Source: Basidiobolus meristosporus CBS 931.73
Lineage: Eukaryota; Fungi; Basidiobolomycota
Reading direction: 5' to 3'
Assembly (NCBI GenBank): GCA_002104905.1
Contig: MCFE01000200.1
Location: forward strand, 70,046-134,045
DNA: 64,000 bases
Within the stretch, counting starts at the first letter, position 1, and each line of letters begins with the position of its first letter. The translations under genes were made by a program, and so were the position numbers. Below, in pieces: positions 53,623 to 64,000 of the stretch. Under the pieces are notes generated by a model. It made no database searches, had not been told where the DNA came from, and worked only from the letters and a program-made list of their open reading frames with translations.

Positions 53623-54182
53623 GTTACAAGATTCTAGGGTGTATTAGAAGTGACCTTGAGAAGTAGAATTGAATGACATTCACTTTTGGTTTTATTGAGT
53701 AGCTAACCAGTATTTGTACTTGTAGGGGGAGTTTGTAAGACTGGTGATCAGAGAGCTTTAAGAAGATCCCAGTAATCTGTGTATAAAGTCTGAGGGCTTC
53801 AGTGCATGTCTCTCTCACTCTAAAATCTATGAATATGGATCCTGTTTGATTTGATAGCATAAAACAACAAGTGCTAACATGTGCATGAAAAATGCACACA
53901 CAAGGTACATTTGCTATCTACTGATTTTCATGATGAGTAGAATGGATTGATTGATGGAGAGCAGCTTGATGTACGTCATCAGCCAAGATTAGCTGCTGCC
54001 AATACTTATAGGTTTTCTAAGAGACTTGGAGCGGTGGGCCTTCATCCTATATCACATTGCTCAGGATGCGGCATTTGTTCTCTCTCCCTACTAGCCCATT
54101 CTTGCACAAATCTGATTAGACACTTATTGGTGATTTCGAGCAAGATGGAAACTTCAAATTATTACCTTATTTATAAACAATC

Positions 54183-54264
54183 GACACTTTGGCGGAGTGG
54201 TTAACGCGGTGCCCTGCTAAGGCATTTCCCTATGGGAGCGCAGGTTCGAATCCTGCAGGTGTCG
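54183..54264 (+). tRNA. tRNA-Ser(GCT), unit 1
   Basis: Cloverleaf; GTGCC-CT-GCT-AA-GGCAT arm; long variable arm; GTTCGAATC. Confidence 0.95.
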
Positions 54265-54441
54265 GTATTTAAATTTTGATTAAAAGTTTTGAAAGCGCGG
54301 AGTGACCAAGTCACTTCCTGACATTAAAAGTCTTGAATAGGGGAACCAACAGTCCGAGTGTCTTGGGTGTCAATTGTTGCTGACAAACATGGTAAAGTCA
54401 AGAGTTGAACACCCAAAAGAACGACCGATTCATTAAGCAAA

Positions 54442-54512
54442 GCATACTTGGTTTAGTGGTATAATTACCGCCTGCCACGCGGTAGACCGGGGTTCGATTC
54501 CCCGAGTATGCA
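54442..54512 (+). tRNA. tRNA-Gly(GCC), unit 1
   Basis: ACCGC-CT-GCC-AC-GCGGT arm; GGTTCGATTCC. Confidence 0.95.
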
Positions 54513-55252
54513 ATTTTGTTTGCTGAAGATAGTTTCTTGTCTTTTTGGGTGGTGAATGGAGGGCTAGGGTCAGGGTTAGGGTTAAATAGTCCCCCCTGAG
54601 GAATCACTAATATCAGTAGTCGCCGCAAATGAGGTGAAATCAACCGAACGCTTCGAAAAGATCTTGTTCCAATTTGAAAACTAGGCGTAGGATAACTGTT
54701 CAAGCATGTTTCTTGTATCTGTAGCCGAGTTGCCAACCACGTCAACCACGCCTATATAAACAGATTCCCTTTCGAGGAGATTGCCCTGACCCAGCTATTA
54801 CTATTACAGACCGGTGGTTGTAAAAGTAATTACCTTGGTGTAATAACAGTACAGTGTACAAATTCGCTGTAAGGTCATTTTTAGCATTTACTAGGCCATG
54901 TCATACTCTACATACAAACCAGGTGAAGAACTGCTGGTAGGGGAGGATCCTCTCACTCTAAAATCAATGAATAAGGATTCTGTTCGGTTCTATAGTATGA
55001 TACAACCAGTGCTAACACGTACTGGAAAGATGCATATGCAAGGTAGATTAGCTATCTACTGATTTCCATGATGAGTAGAATGGATTGATTTGATCGGTGA
55101 AATAATTATTGATCACGTTGAACAGAATTCGAAAATTTCGGTCGGATGATCTACGGATTGGCCAGTCAATTCATCAGTGAAAGAAAAAAATATAAAGACC
55201 GGAGTAAAAGATATGGAAGAATGCAGCACGCATCTGTAAAAAGAGTATATTA

Positions 55253-55325
55253 CACCCAACGTGGGGGTCGAACCCACAACCTTGAGATTAAGAGTCTCAC
55301 GCTCTACCGATTGAGCTAGCCGGGC
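55253..55325 (-). tRNA. tRNA-Lys(CTT), unit 1
   Basis: GCCCGGCTAGCTCAATCGG...TGAGA-CT-CTT-AA-TCTCA. Confidence 0.95.
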
Positions 55326-55631
55326 ACTTGATATCCTGAGTATGGACAGCAAAGTAATGTTGTTTTCCCCACTGCTTTGTACACCATGTTGATGGTAACA
55401 GTGTTAAGAAGATTTAGTATTTGGCACTCAATATAAAGCGGTGGAAAGAAAAATGGCGTAATATATACATGTAAATGTATATATAAGCATATACAGCGGC
55501 ACGAGTTCAACACACATCCACAATGGTGTCCGGGGATTACTCCACCCAGGGTAATGTACTAGTTTGAGTAAATTATGGCCCAATAATGCCCCGATATTAT
55601 CCTCCGCCATGGTAGCTGAAAGAAGTAAAAA

Positions 55632-55704
55632 TGCTCCCTGCCAGGATCGAACTGGCGACCTTCAGATTATGAGACTAACGCGCTGCCAACTGCGCTAAGG
55701 AAGC
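55632..55704 (-). tRNA. tRNA-Met(CAT) elongator, unit 1
   Basis: GCTTCC...TTAGT-CT-CAT-AA-TCTGA with U31:U39; GTTCGA T-loop. Confidence 0.95.
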
Positions 55705-56029
55705 ATTTACAAACACAAGCGTGATAGCAATGTAATTGGAAGTATGTTGAGATATCACGGAGATTAGTATACATGCACGCACACAACAAGTGTACTCATT
55801 CCAAGTAAATCCCATCATGGCATTGCTTTTCATAGTATGCTGCTCTGATCCACACAAAGGCAGACAGAGAGGTATTTGTGAGACCCTTAGGCCTCCAAAT
55901 AAGAAGGCTTGATATGCAAATACCTTGAATGTCCACCTCCTTTCTCAAAATATCGGTGAGGATTTTGCTACAACATCTCATCTACATAAACCAGGTGAAT
56001 AGGCTTAAGTAGGCATGCTAAAAGTAATG

Positions 56030-56101
56030 TTCCCCATCGGGGAATCGAACCCCGGCCGTCTCGGTGAGAGCGAGAAATCCTAACCACTGGACCAATGAGG
56101 A
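56030..56101 (-). tRNA. tRNA-Glu(CTC), unit 1
   Basis: TCCTCATTGGTCCAGTGG...TCTCG-CT-CTC-AC-CGAGA. Confidence 0.95.
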
Positions 56102-56855
56102 GAATATATGAATTTTGTATTGATATTTGTATTGAACATATTAAACTCTTTCATATGCAATATCTCAAAATGCAAGGCATAAACCTGAATCTAACTCTGG
56201 AATATAAGAACATCCCTCAAGGGAATGATAAACACTATCATATTGAAGTATTTGGTGTGCAAGCAGGTTACGTAGAATATCCTATCCAACCAACAAAGCT
56301 AAGGTAAACTGATTCGTACACAGAAAAGTACTAACTAGTGATTTGTACGACTGCAGGGCTAGCGTAGTGGGATCTCTCGAGTTTGGTTGCAATTGGGGAT
56401 CGATGTTCGATCCTTAGGGAGCCATTCCCCAGCTTATGTTGTATTGAATATGCACAATGGAGTGATGCTGAACTTTTGCATCTTTTATCTGGCCACTTTC
56501 GGTCGTTGTGAAATTAAAATAGCATCTGCATTTTCCAGCAACCCTAAACCTAAAGCATATGCCAACACACCTCCCCGTCAGGATGTCCTCATTTCTTTGG
56601 CAAGTGCAGATCAACTAAGGAAATTAATCCGAGCTTACTTGAGATTCAAGGGGACCATTGCTTAGACCAGAGGAAATGCTGCGTAAATTCGCAATGACGA
56701 GCACTAAAGTGAGAGCAAGCAAGCTACACCGAAGATACAATGAGAAGGCTAGCTGAAGCCATACAAATACATATCAAAAGGGATTCTAGAACTGTAGGGA
56801 AAGAACGCAGAGAGCACGGTCCATATGAATTTTGCAATGCAAAATAAACAAAAGA

Positions 56856-56927
56856 TAGCAGCGAGAGGTTTCGATCCTCCGACCTCGGGGTTATGAGCCC
56901 CGCGCGCTTCCTCTGCGCTACGCTGCT
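56856..56927 (-). tRNA. tRNA-iMet(CAT) initiator, unit 1
   Basis: A1-U72 pair; consecutive G-C pairs in the anticodon stem; GGATCGAAAC T-loop (A54). Confidence 0.95.
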
Positions 56928-57144
56928 TTTCTATTTGTACGACATAGTAACATAATTTATACTAATTATAACAAGCAACAAACGATCAATGGGTTAAGAC
57001 CGTATCAAAGCGGTGGCGATTCGAAGAGGTCTTGTGTGTGAAAACGAAGAACCAACCGATTAGAAAATCGGTTTCTAACAAGAAGTGCAAGTCTCTTTGG
57101 AAAAGCCAGATTTGTTGCTGGAAGCAGGGCCACTTCACGTATTA

Positions 57145-57226
57145 GACGATATGGCCGAGTGGTTAAGGCGTATGACTAGAAATCATATGGGCTCTGCCCG
57201 CGCAGGTTCAAATCCTGCTGTCGTCG
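57145..57226 (+). tRNA. tRNA-Ser(AGA), unit 1
   Basis: TATGA-CT-AGA-AA-TCATA arm; long variable arm. Confidence 0.95.
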
Positions 57227-57231
57227 AGTTT

Positions 57232-57305
57232 GCTCGCATAGCTCAGTTGGTTAGAGCGTGGTGCTAATAACGCCAAGGTCGCAGGTTCGACCCCTGCTGT
57301 GAGCA
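57232..57305 (+). tRNA. tRNA-Ile(AAT), unit 1
   Basis: TGGTG-CT-AAT-AA-CGCCA arm; followed by a T6 terminator. Confidence 0.95.
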
Positions 57306-57643
57306 AGTTTTTTCTTTTATCACCTCCATCAATTTAATGAACAAAACCCCATCCGAAATAACTTAGGATCCACCTACATGCTAGTAGAGCTTAGAGCATC
57401 CCGGTGCCATGGAGAACAAATATTCATGGAAATATAGATGTATGAAAATCTGGATAAAATCTGTTGTTGACTACTTTGCATTAGAATATATGATAGATGG
57501 ACTGCTTTGTCTTTATATTGCGAATACGAAATAATCCAACCCAATCTAGACTGGTATTGGCCAGAAGAGAGATATTGCGGTAGAAATCCTTTTGATGACG
57601 GGTCACCCTAGATTCCCTATAAGCCCGTAGAAAAAGAGAGTAA

Positions 57644-57716
57644 CGCCCAAAGGGGGGCTCGAACCCCCGACCCTAAGATTAAAAGTCTCATGCTCTACCG
57701 ACTGAGCTATTCGGGC
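57644..57716 (-). tRNA. tRNA-Lys(TTT), unit 1
   Basis: GCCCGAATAGCTCAGTCGG...TGAGA-CT-TTT-AA-TCTTA. Confidence 0.95.
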
Positions 57717-58189
57717 TAGTCGGCTAGCATCACTAATGATTTGAACTTAACCCCAACAATCTCAGTCTCTACTTTCACTTTCCTTAGTAATGCGTAGCGA
57801 GGAAAATTGGATAGCATAAACGAAAAGTTCTACCTAAGCTCTTCTAGAGTTGGAGTTATGAGTAGGGTTAGGGTAGGTTCGGCAATAAGCATACCGGCAA
57901 CATCTACCAAAGTTAGGTTTAGCCTAGTATATATCATATTTTGTTCTGAAAAGCACTCCGATGGAGAGCAGCTTGATGTACGTCATCAGCCAAGATTAGC
58001 TGCTGCCAATACTTATAGGTTTTCTAAGAGACTTGGAGCGGTGGGCCTTCATCCTATATCACATTGCTCAGGATGCGGCATTTGTTCTCTCTCCCTACTA
58101 GCCCATTCTTGCACAAATCTGATTAGACACTTATTGGTGATTTCGAGCAAGATGGAAACTTCAAATTATTACCTTATTTATAAACAATC

Positions 58190-58271
58190 GACACTTTGGC
58201 GGAGTGGTTAACGCGGTGCCCTGCTAAGGCATTTCCCTATGGGAGCGCAGGTTCGAATCCTGCAGGTGTCG
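58190..58271 (+). tRNA. tRNA-Ser(GCT), unit 2
   Basis: Copy at +4007. Confidence 0.95.
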
Positions 58272-58448
58272 GTATTTAAATTTTGATTAAAAGTTTTGAA
58301 AGCGCGGAGTGACCAAGTCACTTCCTGACATTAAAAGTCTTGAATAGGGGAACCAACAGTCCGAGTGTCTTGGGTGTCAATTGTTGCTGACAAACATGGT
58401 AAAGTCAAGAGTTGAACACCCAAAAGAACGACCGATTCATTAAGCAAA

Positions 58449-58519
58449 GCATACTTGGTTTAGTGGTATAATTACCGCCTGCCACGCGGTAGACCGGGGT
58501 TCGATTCCCCGAGTATGCA
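58449..58519 (+). tRNA. tRNA-Gly(GCC), unit 2
   Basis: Copy at +4007. Confidence 0.95.
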
Positions 58520-59259
58520 ATTTTGTTTGCTGAAGATAGTTTCTTGTCTTTTTGGGTGGTGAATGGAGGGCTAGGGTCAGGGTTAGGGTTAAATAGTCCC
58601 CCCTGAGGAATCACTAATATCAGTAGTCGCCGCAAATGAGGTGAAATCAACCGAACGCTTCGAAAAGATCTTGTTCCAATTTGAAAACTAGGCGTAGGAT
58701 AACTGTTCAAGCATGTTTCTTGTATCTGTAGCCGAGTTGCCAACCACGTCAACCACGCCTATATAAACAGATTCCCTTTCGAGGAGATTGCCCTGACCCA
58801 GCTATTACTATTACAGACCGGTGGTTGTAAAAGTAATTACCTTGGTGTAATAACAGTACAGTGTACAAATTCGCTGTAAGGTCATTTTTAGCATTTACTA
58901 GGCCATGTCATACTCTACATACAAACCAGGTGAAGAACTGCTGGTAGGGGAGGATCCTCTCACTCTAAAATCAATGAATAAGGATTCTGTTCGGTTCTAT
59001 AGTATGATACAACCAGTGCTAACACGTACTGGAAAGATGCATATGCAAGGTAGATTAGCTATCTACTGATTTCCATGATGAGTAGAATGGATTGATTTGA
59101 TCGGTGAAATAATTATTGATCACGTTGAACAGAATTCGAAAATTTCGGTCGGATGATCTACGGATTGGCCAGTCAATTCATCAGTGAAAGAAAAAAATAT
59201 AAAGACCGGAGTAAAAGATATGGAAGAATGCAGCACGCATCTGTAAAAAGAGTATATTA

Positions 59260-59332
59260 CACCCAACGTGGGGGTCGAACCCACAACCTTGAGATTAAGA
59301 GTCTCACGCTCTACCGATTGAGCTAGCCGGGC
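59260..59332 (-). tRNA. tRNA-Lys(CTT), unit 2
   Basis: Copy at +4007. Confidence 0.95.
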
Positions 59333-59638
59333 ACTTGATATCCTGAGTATGGACAGCAAAGTAATGTTGTTTTCCCCACTGCTTTGTACACCATGTTGAT
59401 GGTAACAGTGTTAAGAAGATTTAGTATTTGGCACTCAATATAAAGCGGTGGAAAGAAAAATGGCGTAATATATACATGTAAATGTATATATAAGCATATA
59501 CAGCGGCACGAGTTCAACACACATCCACAATGGTGTCCGGGGATTACTCCACCCAGGGTAATGTACTAGTTTGAGTAAATTATGGCCCAATAATGCCCCG
59601 ATATTATCCTCCGCCATGGTAGCTGAAAGAAGTAAAAA

Positions 59639-59711
59639 TGCTCCCTGCCAGGATCGAACTGGCGACCTTCAGATTATGAGACTAACGCGCTGCCAACTGC
59701 GCTAAGGAAGC
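59639..59711 (-). tRNA. tRNA-Met(CAT) elongator, unit 2
   Basis: Copy at +4007. Confidence 0.95.
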
Positions 59712-60036
59712 ATTTACAAACACAAGCGTGATAGCAATGTAATTGGAAGTATGTTGAGATATCACGGAGATTAGTATACATGCACGCACACAACAAGTGT
59801 ACTCATTCCAAGTAAATCCCATCATGGCATTGCTTTTCATAGTATGCTGCTCTGATCCACACAAAGGCAGACAGAGAGGTATTTGTGAGACCCTTAGGCC
59901 TCCAAATAAGAAGGCTTGATATGCAAATACCTTGAATGTCCACCTCCTTTCTCAAAATATCGGTGAGGATTTTGCTACAACATCTCATCTACATAAACCA
60001 GGTGAATAGGCTTAAGTAGGCATGCTAAAAGTAATG

Positions 60037-60108
60037 TTCCCCATCGGGGAATCGAACCCCGGCCGTCTCGGTGAGAGCGAGAAATCCTAACCACTGGACC
60101 AATGAGGA
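60037..60108 (-). tRNA. tRNA-Glu(CTC), unit 2
   Basis: Copy at +4007. Confidence 0.95.
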
Positions 60109-60862
60109 GAATATATGAATTTTGTATTGATATTTGTATTGAACATATTAAACTCTTTCATATGCAATATCTCAAAATGCAAGGCATAAACCTGAATCTA
60201 ACTCTGGAATATAAGAACATCCCTCAAGGGAATGATAAACACTATCATATTGAAGTATTTGGTGTGCAAGCAGGTTACGTAGAATATCCTATCCAACCAA
60301 CAAAGCTAAGGTAAACTGATTCGTACACAGAAAAGTACTAACTAGTGATTTGTACGACTGCAGGGCTAGCGTAGTGGGATCTCTCGAGTTTGGTTGCAAT
60401 TGGGGATCGATGTTCGATCCTTAGGGAGCCATTCCCCAGCTTATGTTGTATTGAATATGCACAATGGAGTGATGCTGAACTTTTGCATCTTTTATCTGGC
60501 CACTTTCGGTCGTTGTGAAATTAAAATAGCATCTGCATTTTCCAGCAACCCTAAACCTAAAGCATATGCCAACACACCTCCCCGTCAGGATGTCCTCATT
60601 TCTTTGGCAAGTGCAGATCAACTAAGGAAATTAATCCGAGCTTACTTGAGATTCAAGGGGACCATTGCTTAGACCAGAGGAAATGCTGCGTAAATTCGCA
60701 ATGACGAGCACTAAAGTGAGAGCAAGCAAGCTACACCGAAGATACAATGAGAAGGCTAGCTGAAGCCATACAAATACATATCAAAAGGGATTCTAGAACT
60801 GTAGGGAAAGAACGCAGAGAGCACGGTCCATATGAATTTTGCAATGCAAAATAAACAAAAGA

Positions 60863-60934
60863 TAGCAGCGAGAGGTTTCGATCCTCCGACCTCGGGGTTA
60901 TGAGCCCCGCGCGCTTCCTCTGCGCTACGCTGCT
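60863..60934 (-). tRNA. tRNA-iMet(CAT), unit 2
   Basis: Copy at +4007. Confidence 0.95.
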
Positions 60935-61151
60935 TTTCTATTTGTACGACATAGTAACATAATTTATACTAATTATAACAAGCAACAAACGATCAATGGG
61001 TTAAGACCGTATCAAAGCGGTGGCGATTCGAAGAGGTCTTGTGTGTGAAAACGAAGAACCAACCGATTAGAAAATCGGTTTCTAACAAGAAGTGCAAGTC
61101 TCTTTGGAAAAGCCAGATTTGTTGCTGGAAGCAGGGCCACTTCACGTATTA

Positions 61152-61233
61152 GACGATATGGCCGAGTGGTTAAGGCGTATGACTAGAAATCATATGGGCT
61201 CTGCCCGCGCAGGTTCAAATCCTGCTGTCGTCG
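61152..61233 (+). tRNA. tRNA-Ser(AGA), unit 2
   Basis: Copy at +4007. Confidence 0.95.
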
Positions 61234-61238
61234 AGTTT

Positions 61239-61312
61239 GCTCGCATAGCTCAGTTGGTTAGAGCGTGGTGCTAATAACGCCAAGGTCGCAGGTTCGACCC
61301 CTGCTGTGAGCA
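61239..61312 (+). tRNA. tRNA-Ile(AAT), unit 2
   Basis: Copy at +4007. Confidence 0.95.
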
Positions 61313-61650
61313 AGTTTTTTCTTTTATCACCTCCATCAATTTAATGAACAAAACCCCATCCGAAATAACTTAGGATCCACCTACATGCTAGTAGAGCTTA
61401 GAGCATCCCGGTGCCATGGAGAACAAATATTCATGGAAATATAGATGTATGAAAATCTGGATAAAATCTGTTGTTGACTACTTTGCATTAGAATATATGA
61501 TAGATGGACTGCTTTGTCTTTATATTGCGAATACGAAATAATCCAACCCAATCTAGACTGGTATTGGCCAGAAGAGAGATATTGCGGTAGAAATCCTTTT
61601 GATGACGGGTCACCCTAGATTCCCTATAAGCCCGTAGAAAAAGAGAGTAA

Positions 61651-61723
61651 CGCCCAAAGGGGGGCTCGAACCCCCGACCCTAAGATTAAAAGTCTCATGC
61701 TCTACCGACTGAGCTATTCGGGC
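61651..61723 (-). tRNA. tRNA-Lys(TTT), unit 2
   Basis: Copy at +4007. Confidence 0.95.
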
Positions 61724-62196
61724 TAGTCGGCTAGCATCACTAATGATTTGAACTTAACCCCAACAATCTCAGTCTCTACTTTCACTTTCCTTAGTAATGC
61801 GTAGCGAGGAAAATTGGATAGCATAAACGAAAAGTTCTACCTAAGCTCTTCTAGAGTTGGAGTTATGAGTAGGGTTAGGGTAGGTTCGGCAATAAGCATA
61901 CCGGCAACATCTACCAAAGTTAGGTTTAGCCTAGTATATATCATATTTTGTTCTGAAAAGCACTCCGATGGAGAGCAGCTTGATGTACGTCATCAGCCAA
62001 GATTAGCTGCTGCCAATACTTATAGGTTTTCTAAGAGACTTGGAGCGGTGGGCCTTCATCCTATATCACATTGCTCAGGATGCGGCATTTGTTCTCTCTC
62101 CCTACTAGCCCATTCTTGCACAAATCTGATTAGACACTTATTGGTGATTTCGAGCAAGATGGAAACTTCAAATTATTACCTTATTTATAAACAATC

Positions 62197-62278
62197 GACA
62201 CTTTGGCGGAGTGGTTAACGCGGTGCCCTGCTAAGGCATTTCCCTATGGGAGCGCAGGTTCGAATCCTGCAGGTGTCG
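62197..62278 (+). tRNA. tRNA-Ser(GCT), unit 3
   Basis: Copy at +8014. Confidence 0.95.
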
Positions 62279-62455
62279 GTATTTAAATTTTGATTAAAAG
62301 TTTTGAAAGCGCGGAGTGACCAAGTCACTTCCTGACATTAAAAGTCTTGAATAGGGGAACCAACAGTCCGAGTGTCTTGGGTGTCAATTGTTGCTGACAA
62401 ACATGGTAAAGTCAAGAGTTGAACACCCAAAAGAACGACCGATTCATTAAGCAAA

Positions 62456-62526
62456 GCATACTTGGTTTAGTGGTATAATTACCGCCTGCCACGCGGTAGA
62501 CCGGGGTTCGATTCCCCGAGTATGCA
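62456..62526 (+). tRNA. tRNA-Gly(GCC), unit 3
   Basis: Copy at +8014. Confidence 0.95.
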
Positions 62527-63266
62527 ATTTTGTTTGCTGAAGATAGTTTCTTGTCTTTTTGGGTGGTGAATGGAGGGCTAGGGTCAGGGTTAGGGTTAAA
62601 TAGTCCCCCCTGAGGAATCACTAATATCAGTAGTCGCCGCAAATGAGGTGAAATCAACCGAACGCTTCGAAAAGATCTTGTTCCAATTTGAAAACTAGGC
62701 GTAGGATAACTGTTCAAGCATGTTTCTTGTATCTGTAGCCGAGTTGCCAACCACGTCAACCACGCCTATATAAACAGATTCCCTTTCGAGGAGATTGCCC
62801 TGACCCAGCTATTACTATTACAGACCGGTGGTTGTAAAAGTAATTACCTTGGTGTAATAACAGTACAGTGTACAAATTCGCTGTAAGGTCATTTTTAGCA
62901 TTTACTAGGCCATGTCATACTCTACATACAAACCAGGTGAAGAACTGCTGGTAGGGGAGGATCCTCTCACTCTAAAATCAATGAATAAGGATTCTGTTCG
63001 GTTCTATAGTATGATACAACCAGTGCTAACACGTACTGGAAAGATGCATATGCAAGGTAGATTAGCTATCTACTGATTTCCATGATGAGTAGAATGGATT
63101 GATTTGATCGGTGAAATAATTATTGATCACGTTGAACAGAATTCGAAAATTTCGGTCGGATGATCTACGGATTGGCCAGTCAATTCATCAGTGAAAGAAA
63201 AAAATATAAAGACCGGAGTAAAAGATATGGAAGAATGCAGCACGCATCTGTAAAAAGAGTATATTA

Positions 63267-63339
63267 CACCCAACGTGGGGGTCGAACCCACAACCTTGAG
63301 ATTAAGAGTCTCACGCTCTACCGATTGAGCTAGCCGGGC
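63267..63339 (-). tRNA. tRNA-Lys(CTT), unit 3
   Basis: Copy at +8014. Confidence 0.95.
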
Positions 63340-63645
63340 ACTTGATATCCTGAGTATGGACAGCAAAGTAATGTTGTTTTCCCCACTGCTTTGTACACCA
63401 TGTTGATGGTAACAGTGTTAAGAAGATTTAGTATTTGGCACTCAATATAAAGCGGTGGAAAGAAAAATGGCGTAATATATACATGTAAATGTATATATAA
63501 GCATATACAGCGGCACGAGTTCAACACACATCCACAATGGTGTCCGGGGATTACTCCACCCAGGGTAATGTACTAGTTTGAGTAAATTATGGCCCAATAA
63601 TGCCCCGATATTATCCTCCGCCATGGTAGCTGAAAGAAGTAAAAA

Positions 63646-63718
63646 TGCTCCCTGCCAGGATCGAACTGGCGACCTTCAGATTATGAGACTAACGCGCTGC
63701 CAACTGCGCTAAGGAAGC
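63646..63718 (-). tRNA. tRNA-Met(CAT) elongator, unit 3
   Basis: Copy at +8014. Confidence 0.95.
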
Positions 63719-64000
63719 ATTTACAAACACAAGCGTGATAGCAATGTAATTGGAAGTATGTTGAGATATCACGGAGATTAGTATACATGCACGCACACAA
63801 CAAGTGTACTCATTCCAAGTAAATCCCATCATGGCATTGCTTTTCATAGTATGCTGCTCTGATCCACACAAAGGCAGACAGAGAGGTATTTGTGAGACCC
63901 TTAGGCCTCCAAATAAGAAGGCTTGATATGCAAATACCTTGAATGTCCACCTCCTTTCTCAAAATATCGGTGAGGATTTTGCTACAACATCTCATCTACA

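Larger units (their letters stand above)
53953..64000. repeat. Tandem array of a 4007-bp unit with nine tRNA genes (about 2.5 units, open to the right)
   Basis: Sequence and ORF track recur at exact +4007 and +8014 offsets (e.g. 54398/58405/62412); no differences seen in spot checks. Confidence 0.98.

Noticed and set aside
54561-54586. Telomere-like hexamers GGGCTA GGGTCA GGGTTA GGGTTA (also near 57864, and CCTAGC repeats near 23785)
   Set aside because: Only 2-4 degenerate units, too short to call a telomeric seed. Revisit if the array proves to be chromosome-terminal.
56353-56425. A-box-like TAGCGTAGTGG and B-box-like GTTCGATCC at tRNA-like spacing (45 nt)
   Set aside because: Acceptor, anticodon and T stems do not pair. 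At best a decayed tRNA; a covariance-model score would be needed.
53947-63995. Short ORFs (60-134 aa) recurring in the 4007-bp unit
   Set aside because: They overlap tRNA genes or AT-rich spacers, show no protein-like motifs, and recur only because the DNA is repeated.
1-64000. CRISPR arrays, rRNA and snRNA genes
   Set aside because: No repeat-spacer pattern and no recognisable 5S, 5.8S, 18S, 28S or U-snRNA sequence seen.

Overview
Eukaryotic, fungal-type DNA: short GT-AG introns, ATP-type PEPCK and intronless tRNAs. An early-diverging fungus is plausible, but this is inference only. The window has four zones. (1) 1-22.9 kb is a CpG-depleted nest of transposons: a PIF/Harbinger-type element, a 734-bp fold-back MITE of the same family, a decayed CACTA-type transposase, and several Ty1/copia copies, including a shared LTR and a solo LTR. 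(2) 22.9-48.1 kb is a CpG-rich gene island: amino acid transporter, alpha-arrestin, IPI3/WDR18-like WD40 protein, class-III aminotransferase, then SEVEN PEP carboxykinase (ATP) genes (5 on +, 2 on -, one frameshifted) with RPL2 (uL2) between the two convergent blocks. (3) 49.5-53.6 kb is another copia element with a matching 5-bp TSD. (4) 53.95-64 kb is a tandem array of an apparently identical 4007-bp unit carrying nine different tRNA genes; about 2.5 units and 22 tRNA genes lie in the window, and the array runs off the end. The strongest leads are the 7-copy PEPCK array (homogenised coding sequence, mosaic variants, largely unrelated flanks) and the multi-isotype tRNA tandem array.
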